Virus record (IMG/VR): IMGVR_UViG_3300043410_000715
Coordinates: 25,711-89,710 of that record
DNA from: a virus
Taxonomy: Duplodnaviria > Heunggongvirae > Uroviricota > Caudoviricetes
Direction: 5' to 3' (one strand)
Length of the DNA: 64,000 nucleotides
Shown here: positions 28,021-37,245 of the stretch, piece by piece
Layout of the letters: the number at the start of each line of letters is the position of its first letter
How positions within the stretch are numbered: position 1 is the first letter of the stretch
The notes under the pieces: generated by a model
The model's database searches: none
What the model was told of the DNA's origin: nothing
What the model saw: the letters and a program-made list of their open reading frames with translations, nothing else
Program-made: the position numbers and the translations under genes

Positions 28021-28278
28021 TTACTTCTTAGGAGTTTCGGCTTGGGGACTTTTGGTAGCGTCTGCTTTAGTGGCAGACTTGTCCTCTTTCTTCTTAGCCA
28101 ATTTCATTTCTGTCTTTGGTGCTTCTGCTTTAGCGGGTGCTGGTGCAGTTGCTGGTGCGGCCGCAGGGGCAGTAACAGCAGGTTTGGCTTCTACTTTCTT
28201 TTCTTCCTTTTTAGCAGGTTCTGCGGCGAACGCTGATACTGCAACTAAAGAAGCGATTAGAGTAACGATTGATTTCAT
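28021..28278 (-). CDS. secreted Ala/Pro/Lys-rich low-complexity protein
   Basis: 85 aa. Signal peptide MKSIVTLIASLVAVSAFA. The remainder is EKKVEAKPAVTAPAAAPATAPAPAKAEAPK... repeats. Confidence 0.5.
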   Translation of the reverse strand: MKSIVTLIASLVAVSAFAAEPAKKEEKKVEAKPAVTAPAAAPATAPAPAKAEAPKTEMKLAKKKEDKSATKADATKSPQAETPKK

Positions 28279-28362
28279 GGTAATTTCCTTTTAAAAATAC
28301 TACAATTATCTGTAGTATATATTTAACGCTACAGGTATCGTTAGCGTTGACATAAATACTAG

Positions 28363-28845
28363 ATGTTATACATTTCTTATCAAGGTATTTTCGATGGTAC
28401 AAACTATGAAGATGCGAACACACCAAACCAAATCGGCAAAGCGTTCAATTCGGGTTATTCCTGCATGGTTGACGTATGGCGTGTAGATAATAAAGTGTAC
28501 TTAGGTTCTTATGAACCAACCATAGAGGTTACCGAACACTACATTCAAGGTAATAGATTTTGGTTAAACGCTAGAAACACTGACATGCAAGAATGGTTAT
28601 CTACACAACCTGCAAAATTATATCCACATTACTTTTGGTTCACTACACCAAATGAACCTACTACAGTTAGTAGTGGTCAGTTATGGACACCAGGTACGGT
28701 AGCAATTAACGAATCAAGTATTGTAGTATTACCAGAAATTGAAGACCGTGGAATGCTAAGTACAGTTCATTTACGATGCTATGGTGTTTGTAGTACATAC
28801 TTGAATTTCATCAAACGTATGCGTAATGAAGGTGCCTGGTATTAA
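28363..28845 (+). CDS. hypothetical protein
   Basis: 160-aa plus-strand ORF, divergent from 28021-28278. Confidence 0.5.
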   Translation: MLYISYQGIFDGTNYEDANTPNQIGKAFNSGYSCMVDVWRVDNKVYLGSYEPTIEVTEHYIQGNRFWLNARNTDMQEWLSTQPAKLYPHYFWFTTPNEPTTVSSGQLWTPGTVAINESSIVVLPEIEDRGMLSTVHLRCYGVCSTYLNFIKRMRNEGAWY

Positions 28846-29252
28846 TTCCTAGATTTTACTGATTCTAAGTAACTGTGAATGTCTCCGTAAATTTGCATTA
28901 GCATTGCAATTTTACTATCGTAAAGTCTAATGTATGCTTTACTCTTTTTTAGTTCGTCTTTGTTCACACCTATATAATATGGACATTTTATTTTCTTACT
29001 ACAGTCCATAATAAACTTGTGCCAGTTTGATTGAGTTACTGTGATTGGTAAATCAAAGTATTCTATCTCTGCTTGACGAAAACACAAGTCGCCCAATGGA
29101 CTTAACCTAAGCCCTTCGCTTGACTTAGTGAACCACCACTCGTTTATTATTCTTTCAATAGGCTCGTTTGTAGGCACTAGCTGTGCTAATACTGCCTCGG
29201 TAATAGTCTGTTTGACTGATTTTTTACTCATCTGGGTACACGACTGTACCAT
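28842..29252 (-). CDS. hypothetical protein
   Basis: 136-aa ORF. Confidence 0.5.
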   Translation of the reverse strand: MVQSCTQMSKKSVKQTITEAVLAQLVPTNEPIERIINEWWFTKSSEGLRLSPLGDLCFRQAEIEYFDLPITVTQSNWHKFIMDCSKKIKCPYYIGVNKDELKKSKAYIRLYDSKIAMLMQIYGDIHSYLESVKSRN

Positions 29253-29517
29253 TATTCATAAACACAACAGTGAACTTGTCTGTTTTAAACTGTCTGTTTA
29301 ATTTTCTACAGAGGTTTCTAGCATGACCTGGATTACTGAAACTTGTTTTCTTATACTTAGGTGTTGCTTCACTATCTAAGTAATGTTGGCTTTTTAGATT
29401 GATTGGTTGACCGTCATAGAACACTGCCCAAATACCTGACGCTTCAACAATTTGGTCACATTTGTATGTTTGCTTATCTACTATTTCTAGTAATACTTTT
29501 GGTTGTGTTCTACTCAT
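29224..29517 (-). CDS. hypothetical protein
   Basis: 97-aa ORF. Confidence 0.5.
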   Translation of the reverse strand: MSRTQPKVLLEIVDKQTYKCDQIVEASGIWAVFYDGQPINLKSQHYLDSEATPKYKKTSFSNPGHARNLCRKLNRQFKTDKFTVVFMNNGTVVYPDE

Positions 29518-29711
29518 TTAAACGTTCCCCCTGATACTGATATTTGTATTACCTCCTCAGGGGCATCTTTCATTGATTCTAACTGGTCTGCTAACAACTT
29601 AGCCAGTTCATCACGTAAGCCACGGGCATCAGACATAGGTATCACAACATCCTTACCTTGTCTAGTCTCAATATAGCTAACTTTATCGATGAACTTCTTT
29701 ATTTGAATCAT
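29514..29711 (-). CDS. hypothetical protein
   Basis: 65-aa ORF with ATGA overlaps at both ends. Confidence 0.45.
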   Translation of the reverse strand: MIQIKKFIDKVSYIETRQGKDVVIPMSDARGLRDELAKLLADQLESMKDAPEEVIQISVSGGTFK

Positions 29712-30169
29712 TACTTATTTATGCTATTTTTTGCTTCATTTTCGGTTTTAAAAGGCCCCTCGTATGGATAACGCTGGATAAAAATGTATTTTGGGCAAAA
29801 AACTACAGAAGGTTCAGTACCTTGTTGTAAAGAATACCAACCTGCCGCATGATAACATTTTGATTTGGGTGTTTTAGTGAATAAATGTATTTTGCGTTTA
29901 ATATCCAACACTGAGTTATAAACTTTCTTAGTTGTTGGAAATTCACTGAAAGGCGTGGCAGGAGTTACCTTTTCTTTCTTAGCTGTTTGAAATTCAATAT
30001 GAACTTGCTTTTGGATAGCGGATGTGTTCTTGTAATGAGACTTATTGCCGTTCAGTTTTACTTCAAAACCTGATCCATCAGCAATAACATTACCTACTTT
30101 TTCTTTTCCGTTTGTTACTATCCAAAACTGGTTTTTTACTACTGGTTTTGCTATTAGTGTGTTTGTCAT
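29711..30169 (-). CDS. hypothetical protein
   Basis: 152-aa ORF. Confidence 0.5.
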   Translation of the reverse strand: MTNTLIAKPVVKNQFWIVTNGKEKVGNVIADGSGFEVKLNGNKSHYKNTSAIQKQVHIEFQTAKKEKVTPATPFSEFPTTKKVYNSVLDIKRKIHLFTKTPKSKCYHAAGWYSLQQGTEPSVVFCPKYIFIQRYPYEGPFKTENEAKNSINK

Positions 30170-30425
30170 CTATTTCCTCTTTGTCGTATGACGTTAGTTT
30201 TTTAACGTCTTTGTGCTTTACAATTATAACTGTACGCACTTCATTTTCATACATGATTGGTAAATCCAAATGTATGCTGAGTCTAGGACCCTCCAATTCA
30301 CTTACAAGTGTGTCGTTGCCAACACTACCTATAAATGGAATTTTATTCCAATGACCAAATACTCTTTCACCGAATTCATATTTAGCATGGTATCTATTTT
30401 GGGCAAAATATTCTGTAAGTGTCAT
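30090..30425 (-). CDS. hypothetical protein with Lys/Arg-rich C-terminus
   Basis: 111-aa ORF. Confidence 0.45.
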   Translation of the reverse strand: MTLTEYFAQNRYHAKYEFGERVFGHWNKIPFIGSVGNDTLVSELEGPRLSIHLDLPIMYENEVRTVIIVKHKDVKKLTSYDKEEIDDKHTNSKTSSKKPVLDSNKRKRKSR

Positions 30426-30426
30426 G

Positions 30427-30732
30427 TTACATCCAGTTGTGGCAGGTATACTTGTTAAGGTATCTCATACTTGCATTGTCCGTACCAAAATGACGTTTGT
30501 AAAACATCTTATAGGCATTTGCCCATTGTTTTCTTATTGGGGCAGGAGCATGGCATGCAAGATAATGCAATCTAGTAAAACGTTTAGAAAGTTGTTGCTG
30601 GTGAGTAGACCAAATTGCCGGATACCATTCTACCCGTGTTTGCCAATTGTAGTTTTCTGAGCGCCCGGTCTTAAGGCGTTGCTTCATAACATACGTTTTT
30701 GACAAATCTTGTGGTCTAAATTTATTCAACAT
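30427..30732 (-). CDS. hypothetical protein
   Basis: 101-aa ORF. Confidence 0.5.
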   Translation of the reverse strand: MLNKFRPQDLSKTYVMKQRLKTGRSENYNWQTRVEWYPAIWSTHQQQLSKRFTRLHYLACHAPAPIRKQWANAYKMFYKRHFGTDNASMRYLNKYTCHNWM

Positions 30733-31009
30733 TTAATTTCTCTAGTTCAGATTTTAAGCGGTTGCGAAAAGAATCTTCTCCGTCATCTCCTGATACAAGC
30801 CAGTCAATGCGTTGAGCATAGATATGTGCTTGTCTTAAGATAAGTAAACCTTGCTTGAATTCTTTTATTGTTTCTGGAGAAAAATGACAGCCCTTAATAT
30901 CACCGTAACGGTCTTTTTCATCATTGTCATTATCAATGATTAACTGTTCAACTTCGTCAGCAATGTAACCTATTTCCCATTGCTTGTATTGAAAATGTCC
31001 ACCACTCAT
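30722..31009 (-). CDS. hypothetical protein
   Basis: 95-aa ORF. Confidence 0.5.
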   Translation of the reverse strand: MSGGHFQYKQWEIGYIADEVEQLIIDNDNDEKDRYGDIKGCHFSPETIKEFKQGLLILRQAHIYAQRIDWLVSGDDGEDSFRNRLKSELEKLNVE

Positions 31010-31380
31010 ACAACCATCCGTGCGATTAATAGATATGTTAAGTAATGTGCAAGTTGGTCAAGACCTAAATGATTCCAAAAAGCAGGGGTCTTAATATCAC
31101 GATTACCGTAATTCATTTTGATCCAATCAACATGATAATGAATAGTGAAATCTAAGAATCCTAGAGCCATTGCGTATGCAAAGTAGTTATAAGCAGAACC
31201 ACCAGTGATTGCGAGAATACACATAACAGTAGCAATACCATGTTTTGCTGAATGTCCGATTCCGATAGGATCACCATAAATGCCTTTGCTTGCTACTTCT
31301 TCGTTGGTTTGATCCACAAAGTCAATATACCAATGTTTAATAAAAAGCAGTGCTAGCAAAAACAAGATTGAATCAATCAT
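31006..31380 (-). CDS. integral membrane protein with His-rich motifs
   Basis: 124 aa. Three to four TM helices. HxxxH-type clusters (HSAKHG, HYHVDW). Confidence 0.5.
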   Translation of the reverse strand: MIDSILFLLALLFIKHWYIDFVDQTNEEVASKGIYGDPIGIGHSAKHGIATVMCILAITGGSAYNYFAYAMALGFLDFTIHYHVDWIKMNYGNRDIKTPAFWNHLGLDQLAHYLTYLLIARMVV

Positions 31381-31555
31381 TACTTTCTCCGAAAATATAC
31401 GCTTTCATTTTGCGTTCTGTTGTTTCTTCGTCCTTCATGGCGCAATCAAAACAAATTTCTTCGTTGTTTGGGCCATACGGACGACATTCTTCAATCACCC
31501 CACACATTTCACAACGTTGCGGGGATTCCTCTTGAATAATGCCTAGTCCGCTCAT
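31373..31555 (-). CDS. zinc-ribbon protein
   Basis: 60 aa. Motifs CEMC ... CFDC. Confidence 0.45.
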   Translation of the reverse strand: MSGLGIIQEESPQRCEMCGVIEECRPYGPNNEEICFDCAMKDEETTERKMKAYIFGESND

Positions 31556-31556
31556 T

Positions 31557-32408
31557 TTACTTACCTACGTTGAGCATCATACCTTGACTACCATTGACCA
31601 CTGTGTTGGGCATTTTGCCGTCCCACTTTTCGATCCATTGTAGTTGCACGTATTGTTGACCACCTTGACTTTGAATAGCACTTGCTTGAATTGCAATAGC
31701 TTTGGCTTCACCTTCAGCTTGTGCGATACGACTTGCGGCTTCAACTTTAATACGTTCCAAGTCTTGTTCAGCCTTTTGTTTTTGCTGTGTTGCAATAACT
31801 TTTTGCTCAATAGCTTCTTGGTAACTCTTACTAAAGCCAAAGTTAACTAGACTTACGTTATCAATTTGAATGTCAAACTGTGCAACCTTCACACGAACAT
31901 GTTCAAGGATTTTCTGTGATACTTCATCACGTTTTGTAATCAATTCCTCACTTGTATAGTGACCAGTGATAGACTTGAATGCTTCGTTCAAGCTAGGTGC
32001 AAGAACCTTGTCAACTACGTTAAGACCAAAGTCACGATAGATAACAGCTACCTTCTCTGGACTCAAGTGATAGTTGGTTGTGATATCAGTGTGAACTTGT
32101 TGCAAGTCTTTAGTACCTGCCGCCGCACCTTCATACGTTGCACGTTGAATTTGTACGTTCACGTTTTTAACACTTGAGATAGGGTTAACAAACTGCCAAC
32201 CACTTTCTAAAACAACTGGGTTAACAGTACCCATTGTTACTTGAACACCACGATGACCGGCTGGAACAACAGTGATTGATTCAAACGCAATTACAACAAT
32301 CATAAACAAAAGACCACCTGCAAAGCCAGGGCTCGCTTTTTGTAAAAACAATTTACTTGCTACTGTTGCGGCAATCAATACAAGAATGCTGATAAAAATT
32401 AAAAACAT
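31557..32408 (-). CDS. SPFH/band-7 (prohibitin/HflK/C-like) membrane protein
   Basis: 283 aa. N-terminal TM anchor, SPFH core and a C-terminal Ala/Gln/Glu-rich coiled coil (EQKVIATQQKQKAEQDLERIKVEAASRIAQAEGEAKA). Confidence 0.8.
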   Translation of the reverse strand: MFLIFISILVLIAATVASKLFLQKASPGFAGGLLFMIVVIAFESITVVPAGHRGVQVTMGTVNPVVLESGWQFVNPISSVKNVNVQIQRATYEGAAAGTKDLQQVHTDITTNYHLSPEKVAVIYRDFGLNVVDKVLAPSLNEAFKSITGHYTSEELITKRDEVSQKILEHVRVKVAQFDIQIDNVSLVNFGFSKSYQEAIEQKVIATQQKQKAEQDLERIKVEAASRIAQAEGEAKAIAIQASAIQSQGGQQYVQLQWIEKWDGKMPNTVVNGSQGMMLNVGK

Positions 32409-32434
32409 GAAAAATCCTTTTAAAGGTTGATAAT

Positions 32435-32463
32435 AAAGAAACTACAGTATACAACGGGGTGCG
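32435..32463 (-). promoter_or_regulatory. sigma70-type promoter TTGACA-N17-TATACT (repeat family)
   Basis: Minus strand reads TTGACAAATGCCGCACCCCGTTGTATACT, upstream of the SPFH gene. Confidence 0.6.
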
Positions 32464-32470
32464 GCATTTG

Positions 32471-32704
32471 TCAACCGCTTAGTTTTTCCCAAACGTAATC
32501 TTTTTCTTTGACACACGCTACTGTTTTAAGGTAACCATCAGTCATTGCTCTCTGAATAGCTAATTTAAGATTAGCAGGACACACATCTGAGATTTCAATG
32601 TATGCACGAGGTGACAACTTAGTACCGTCGGTTATGTAGAAGTCATAATCACCTTGACGAATCGCTCTAATCTTAGTGTCGTTTTCAACAAAGGTCATTA
32701 CCAA
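32471..32704 (-). CDS. hypothetical protein
   Basis: 77-aa ORF. Confidence 0.45.
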   Translation of the reverse strand: MVMTFVENDTKIRAIRQGDYDFYITDGTKLSPRAYIEISDVCPANLKLAIQRAMTDGYLKTVACVKEKDYVWEKLSG

Positions 32705-32904
32705 CTCTCCACATCAGTGATATCCACAGTTGTGGGCTTATTAAGCAATTCACATTTTACTTTGATGATAGGGCCGATACCACTTGAGTTATCTTGCTCA
32801 ATGGTAAATTCTTCCACTTCTTTAAAATGTAGAACAATATCAATTAAGTCTTGAACTTGTTTGCGATTAAGTGTGATTGATTTCATTTTTTTAATTCGTC
32901 CCAC
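32698..32904 (-). CDS. hypothetical protein
   Basis: 68-aa ORF. Confidence 0.45.
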   Translation of the reverse strand: MGRIKKMKSITLNRKQVQDLIDIVLHFKEVEEFTIEQDNSSGIGPIIKVKCELLNKPTTVDITDVESW

Positions 32905-33188
32905 ATTAACTTTTTAGCACGAGCATCTAACTCTTTTTTCTCAAGGTCAAGCATTTCCCATGCCATGACGTTCATCCATTTTGCTAATGCTTCTTTGCCT
33001 TTATCAGTTAAGTGGCTATAATCTCTACCAACAGCACTGTGATAGTACATTTCTCGGTCTTTGATAATCTCAAATAGCCCTGCGTAGATTTGTTTATGTA
33101 GTATGTGATTCATGTAATGCGCCTTCGTATGTGCAATTGAGCCACTTACTATAAGTTTGAGCATTTTCAGCAATTTTATTAAGGTCAT
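32883..33188 (-). CDS. hypothetical protein
   Basis: 101-aa ORF. Its start lies inside the RNase H ORF, so the true start may be further downstream. Confidence 0.4.
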   Translation of the reverse strand: MTLIKLLKMLKLIVSGSIAHTKAHYMNHILHKQIYAGLFEIIKDREMYYHSAVGRDYSHLTDKGKEALAKWMNVMAWEMLDLEKKELDARAKKLMWDELKK

Positions 33189-34110
33189 ATTTTCCGCAGA
33201 ATTTCATAAAGTGAATGCCTACTTGTGGTGTATTTTGTGTTCTAACAGAATCACGAATACGTTGGTCAACTTCAGCCTTAATGTCATCAGGCTGTGCAGT
33301 CAAATCAATTAACATTCTGTTGCGTTTGTAATCATCAAGAACCTTGTGTTGAACATTATTGTGGTCAACCCAAGTTTGCAACATGAAGTTATTCCAATTA
33401 AAACCTTGTTTGTTACGATCCTCAAATGCTTCTTTGATGCCAATTTTGTTTTTAGTACCAACCTCACGCACACCTGGATATGCACTGAATACGTTGTCGC
33501 CACCGTCGCCTCGAATAATCTTTTTAAACAAGAGATATTCAGGACTGTCTTCTAATAGTTTAGGATTCTTTTGTTTGTCTAATGCTGGTTTGCCGTTATC
33601 TTTGAAATATCCATTGAGCGTGATAAGTTCATTTGTGACTCCATTGTATTGGAACACCTTATCACTAACAAGCTGAACATAATCGGAATCAGTAGAAATA
33701 ATGTAATGCGTGTCATTTGGGTGTAAGTGAATAAAACGGGCAATCAAGTCATCTGCCTCAGCACGTTCGTGCCGAAGAACAGAAACGTTGGTTTTTTCTT
33801 TGAGAAAGGTAGTAAAAGCCTCGTATGTTTCCCAGAACATTTCATTTTCTTCTTTTTCAGCCTGGGTAACAGACATAGCATCAACGATACGATTTTTCTT
33901 GTAAGGTTCGTACACATCCTTACGCCATGAGCGACCCTCAAGACAGAATACAACGTGATCGATTCCATAGTTACGCACAGCCATGTTAACTGATGCGAAC
34001 GTTAGATGTAGTGCCATGCCAATCTTTTCCCAAGTATCACTGTTACGTGATGCAACGTGACGGGCACGAAAGAAAGTATTAGCAGTATCAATGAGAGCGT
34101 ATTTTTTCAT
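33094..34110 (-). CDS. rnh: RNase H / 5'-3' flap exonuclease (T4 rnh-like, FEN family)
   Basis: 338 aa. N-terminal segment ...VVFCLEGRSWRKDVYEPYKKNR... parallels T4 RNase H (...IVLCIDNAKSGYWRRDFAYYYKKNRG). Acidic metal-site clusters are typical of FEN enzymes. Confidence 0.75.
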   Translation of the reverse strand: MKKYALIDTANTFFRARHVASRNSDTWEKIGMALHLTFASVNMAVRNYGIDHVVFCLEGRSWRKDVYEPYKKNRIVDAMSVTQAEKEENEMFWETYEAFTTFLKEKTNVSVLRHERAEADDLIARFIHLHPNDTHYIISTDSDYVQLVSDKVFQYNGVTNELITLNGYFKDNGKPALDKQKNPKLLEDSPEYLLFKKIIRGDGGDNVFSAYPGVREVGTKNKIGIKEAFEDRNKQGFNWNNFMLQTWVDHNNVQHKVLDDYKRNRMLIDLTAQPDDIKAEVDQRIRDSVRTQNTPQVGIHFMKFCGKYDLNKIAENAQTYSKWLNCTYEGALHESHTT

Positions 34111-34116
34111 GCGTTA

Positions 34117-34145
34117 AGTATACTACTATTTTGATTTATTGTCAA
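34117..34145 (-). promoter_or_regulatory. sigma70-type promoter TTGACA-N17-TATACT (repeat family)
   Basis: Minus strand reads TTGACAATAAATCAAAATAGTAGTATACT. Confidence 0.65.
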
Positions 34146-34164
34146 ATGATTTTTGGGCAATAGA

Positions 34165-34575
34165 TTAGCTCACTTCCGTCCTACCATCGCCTATGTCTCT
34201 AGTCTGAACCACTCTCATTTCAGCACGATAACGGTTCTCTGGATCCGCTTGCTGTTGTTCATACATTTCAAGTGCAACATTGCGACATACCTGAGTCCAC
34301 CAGCGGTCTACTATCTCAGCATCCGTATCTTCCTTTTTCATCATGTAGCCTGCTTTAACCAATCGTGCTACAAAAATTTCATTGAAGTCAAGTTCAAACG
34401 CTCCTGAGTTAATATCACTAGGATCAATATCCATACTCACTACAGTGACGTATGGTTCACCTGCTTGTGTCGCTAACTCTTTAGGAGAAAGTTTCTTTTC
34501 TTTCTTGGGCGCTGGTGGGGTCTTCTGAGGATCAGGTAATGCCTTCTTTTTAAATAGTCTGTCAAATAATCCCAT
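34165..34575 (-). CDS. hypothetical protein with Lys/Pro-rich N-terminal segment
   Basis: ORF 34165-34644 trimmed to Met24 (MGLFDRLFKKKALPDPQKTPPAPKKEKK...) to limit overlap with uvdE. Confidence 0.45.
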   Translation of the reverse strand: MGLFDRLFKKKALPDPQKTPPAPKKEKKLSPKELATQAGEPYVTVVSMDIDPSDINSGAFELDFNEIFVARLVKAGYMMKKEDTDAEIVDRWWTQVCRNVALEMYEQQQADPENRYRAEMRVVQTRDIGDGRTEVS

Positions 34576-35596
34576 TTTGTTTTGCTCTTTCGTATACTTT
34601 ATAACTTGCAAGGTTCTTAGCCTTTGATTCGCACATGATATCAAAGTTATCTAAGAATGTCAAAGCCCAATCGTTAACACTGTCGTTCCAATAGTAATCA
34701 CTATGGGCACGTAGTTTTTGTTTGCTAAAACCTTCTAGAAGCAAAGACTCCATGACTGGGCTAGTGTTAGTGGCATGACCGACAAGTACATCTTCACGAC
34801 TAACACTATAATGGAGAGTAGGCCTAATACCGCGCCAACTATCCACCACACGCTGAACACTGTCATCAGATGATTGTATGTATGACCCTTCACGCACCCA
34901 AAAGTGATGTATGTCCAACACAGTAGGGACCAAGTCAGAAAGGCTAAGGCAATCATCGAGACCATATGTATATTCCTCGTTTTCTAGTGTCAATGAGTTT
35001 CGTGCTTCAGGCGATAAACGTCCAAATACATCTCTAATGCCTTGGGGGCCTTTACGACCTGAGATATGGACATTGATTTTAATATCCTGAAATTCTCTGC
35101 CGTATCCCATCCACTTAGCCATATCGACATGGTACTCAAACTCCTCAATACTCTTATTTACTACCTCAGGACGGTCGCTTGCAAGAACTACAAATTGGTC
35201 AGGGTGAAAGGACAAACGCACATTGTTTTGTCGTGCAGTCTCACCTAGCGGTGCAAACCAACGAGCTAGCATATCCTGTGTATTTTGACTTTGCCAGAAG
35301 TCAGTGTAATCTTCGTGTGTGTAAAAACTAAGCATATCACTAGTGATACGCAACATGCGTAGTTCGGTCGGTAGTGTTGCAACTTTTTTGATTAAGTTGT
35401 GTGTGTTGACAATGTTAGTTTTAGCAACATCGATAATTTTTTCTTCTACTACATTGTGATTGTTGCGCTTTGCCCATGCCATAGTAGTACCGCCAGTGTT
35501 GAGACCCTCAGTACTAGCGATTTCGCCCTTTTTGTTGATTTCGGCCCACTTGCAAGCGAAACCAATACGTTTGTGTGCAATGTCAAAAGAGTGCAT
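34562..35596 (-). CDS. uvdE: UV damage endonuclease (UvdE/UvsE family)
   Basis: Block-by-block match to Bacillus UvsE: RIGFACK ~ RFGFVSN, SFHPDQF ~ SFHPNQF, INVHISG ~ INIHIGG, LTLENEEYTYG ~ MTLENDDKTYT, DIHHFW ~ DFHHFY. Start set at Met14 (35596). Confidence 0.8.
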   Translation of the reverse strand: MHSFDIAHKRIGFACKWAEINKKGEIASTEGLNTGGTTMAWAKRNNHNVVEEKIIDVAKTNIVNTHNLIKKVATLPTELRMLRITSDMLSFYTHEDYTDFWQSQNTQDMLARWFAPLGETARQNNVRLSFHPDQFVVLASDRPEVVNKSIEEFEYHVDMAKWMGYGREFQDIKINVHISGRKGPQGIRDVFGRLSPEARNSLTLENEEYTYGLDDCLSLSDLVPTVLDIHHFWVREGSYIQSSDDSVQRVVDSWRGIRPTLHYSVSREDVLVGHATNTSPVMESLLLEGFSKQKLRAHSDYYWNDSVNDWALTFLDNFDIMCESKAKNLASYKVYERAKQNGII

Positions 35597-35625
35597 AAGA
35601 TAATGGAATGATAAATAATAGATAT

Positions 35626-35654
35626 AGTGTATCACAATTACGCAATAAAGTCAA
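35626..35654 (-). promoter_or_regulatory. sigma70-type promoter TTGACT-N17-TACACT upstream of uvdE
   Basis: Minus strand reads TTGACTTTATTGCGTAATTGTGATACACT, in the divergent intergenic region. Confidence 0.5.
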
Positions 35655-35673
35655 CTATTTACGGATTAACGAT

Positions 35674-37245
35674 ATGAAAATCAGACAATTAATGGAAGGC
35701 ACTGAGCCAAACATGCCAGGAGCCCCAAAAGGCATCCAAATTATGACACCTCAGCAATTCGTTGCTAAAGCTGGTGATATGCCCGGAGAAGAAAAGATAG
35801 ACGAATTTGCACCTCCTGGTGGCGATGACCGTGAACCTGACGAGGAAGAAGTATTACGCAAATTAGCCGCACAGTGGTGGAACGGTACCGAACAACAAAT
35901 GGATAAAGCCCAAAAAACATTAGAAGTAATGGGTTGGGAAATTGGCCCTGATGAGTCCGGTGATGATGATGCCGGAGTATATGTATATCGTATTGGGGAC
36001 GATGACGGTAGAGATACAATAGCATTTAGACATAGTGAATTAGATTTAGATGAAGGTCAACAACATCTATTAAGAATCCGCGAACTATCTGGCTTAGATG
36101 AAGCAACTAAACTACCAGCACAAAGTCGTGAATTTGGTGGTGATGAATTTCAAGACTACATGAAACGTATCGTTGGTACACCTGATCTTGACAAAGAAGG
36201 TAACGTTAAAGTAGATAAGAAGGGCATTGAAAAATATAAATCTGGTAAAACAAAATCAGACAGATATAAAATGCCTTATATCCATCGTTCAAGCGTAATT
36301 GAATACTTAGGACCAGATGGAAAGACATACAGTGAAGATAAAATCAAACAAGCATTAGCAGAACGTCCAAAGAAGTTACTAAAACAAAACGAAAAGATGA
36401 AGCACAGTAATGGAGAGTTTGAACAATTCTTCAACGTTGGCTTTGCGGCATTAACAGGTATTGCATTAGATGAAGATACAAACAAACTAATCATTGTTAA
36501 TACATGTCCTGGAGCTGGTTCATGTAAAGTTGATTGTTTCGCTATGAAGGGCGGTAAAGTTCAATTCAAAGCCGCTTGGTTAAGTGATGGTCGTATCTTA
36601 ACATATCTATTGAATGACCCAGACGGTTTCTTCAATCAATTAAGTAATGAGATTTCCGCGGAAGAAGCCGCAGGTAAAAAGGGTGATAAAAAGTTTCCTA
36701 ATGGTTGGCAAACAACAATTCGTTGGCATGACGCCGGTGACTTCTTTAGTCCAGAATATTTAGACTTAGCATTAAAGATGGCCGCAAAGCACCCTGATAC
36801 TAAGTTCTATGCGTACACAAAGATGGCCGGTGCCGCATTAGCTAAGAAGCCAGCCAACTTCATTATCAACTGGAGTGAAGGTGCCCACACTTCACAAGAG
36901 AAACAAGTTAAGGCACAAGATCCATCATTAGATACAACAAAGAACAGTCGCATCGTTCCAGATGAATTGTTCCAAGATTTATTAGTTAAGGACGCAAAGA
37001 AGAACTTGGTTAAGGGGCCAGAAGGCCAATGGCAAGTGCAACCTGACAAGTTACCTGAACTAAAACAACGTCTTGCTAAACAGTATGGATTGAGTGCTAA
37101 CTCTATATTGAGTTATGATGAGTACATGGCTAAACGTAAGTCAATACCTGCTGGTATGAAATACAACGTAATCGTAGCACCAGGTGAAGGTGATATCAGT
37201 GCTAACGATCCTAACATCATTGCGACACTATTATTGAAACACTAA
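35674..37245 (+). CDS. hypothetical large protein (acidic N-terminal region)
   Basis: ORF 35608-37245, 523 aa from Met at 35674. No recognisable catalytic motif. Confidence 0.55.
   Translation: MKIRQLMEGTEPNMPGAPKGIQIMTPQQFVAKAGDMPGEEKIDEFAPPGGDDREPDEEEVLRKLAAQWWNGTEQQMDKAQKTLEVMGWEIGPDESGDDDAGVYVYRIGDDDGRDTIAFRHSELDLDEGQQHLLRIRELSGLDEATKLPAQSREFGGDEFQDYMKRIVGTPDLDKEGNVKVDKKGIEKYKSGKTKSDRYKMPYIHRSSVIEYLGPDGKTYSEDKIKQALAERPKKLLKQNEKMKHSNGEFEQFFNVGFAALTGIALDEDTNKLIIVNTCPGAGSCKVDCFAMKGGKVQFKAAWLSDGRILTYLLNDPDGFFNQLSNEISAEEAAGKKGDKKFPNGWQTTIRWHDAGDFFSPEYLDLALKMAAKHPDTKFYAYTKMAGAALAKKPANFIINWSEGAHTSQEKQVKAQDPSLDTTKNSRIVPDELFQDLLVKDAKKNLVKGPEGQWQVQPDKLPELKQRLAKQYGLSANSILSYDEYMAKRKSIPAGMKYNVIVAPGEGDISANDPNIIATLLLKH

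Noticed and set aside
27973-28294. Plus-strand ORFs 27973-28236 and 28052-28294 overlapping the secreted A/P/K-rich gene
   Set aside because: Antisense frames of a low-complexity GC-rich repeat (Cys/Trp/Gly runs). The minus-strand frame has a signal peptide and sensible composition.
28347-28352. TTGACA hexamer on plus strand upstream of 28363-28845
   Set aside because: Only 10 nt from the ATG, so it cannot serve as a -35 for that gene. No -10 at proper spacing.
34562-35635. Initial impression that this ORF was thymidylate synthase ThyX
   Set aside because: Motif comparison shows UvdE/UvsE blocks (SFHPxQF, HIGG/HISG, LENxxxxY, HHF). No ThyX RHRxxxxxS motif.
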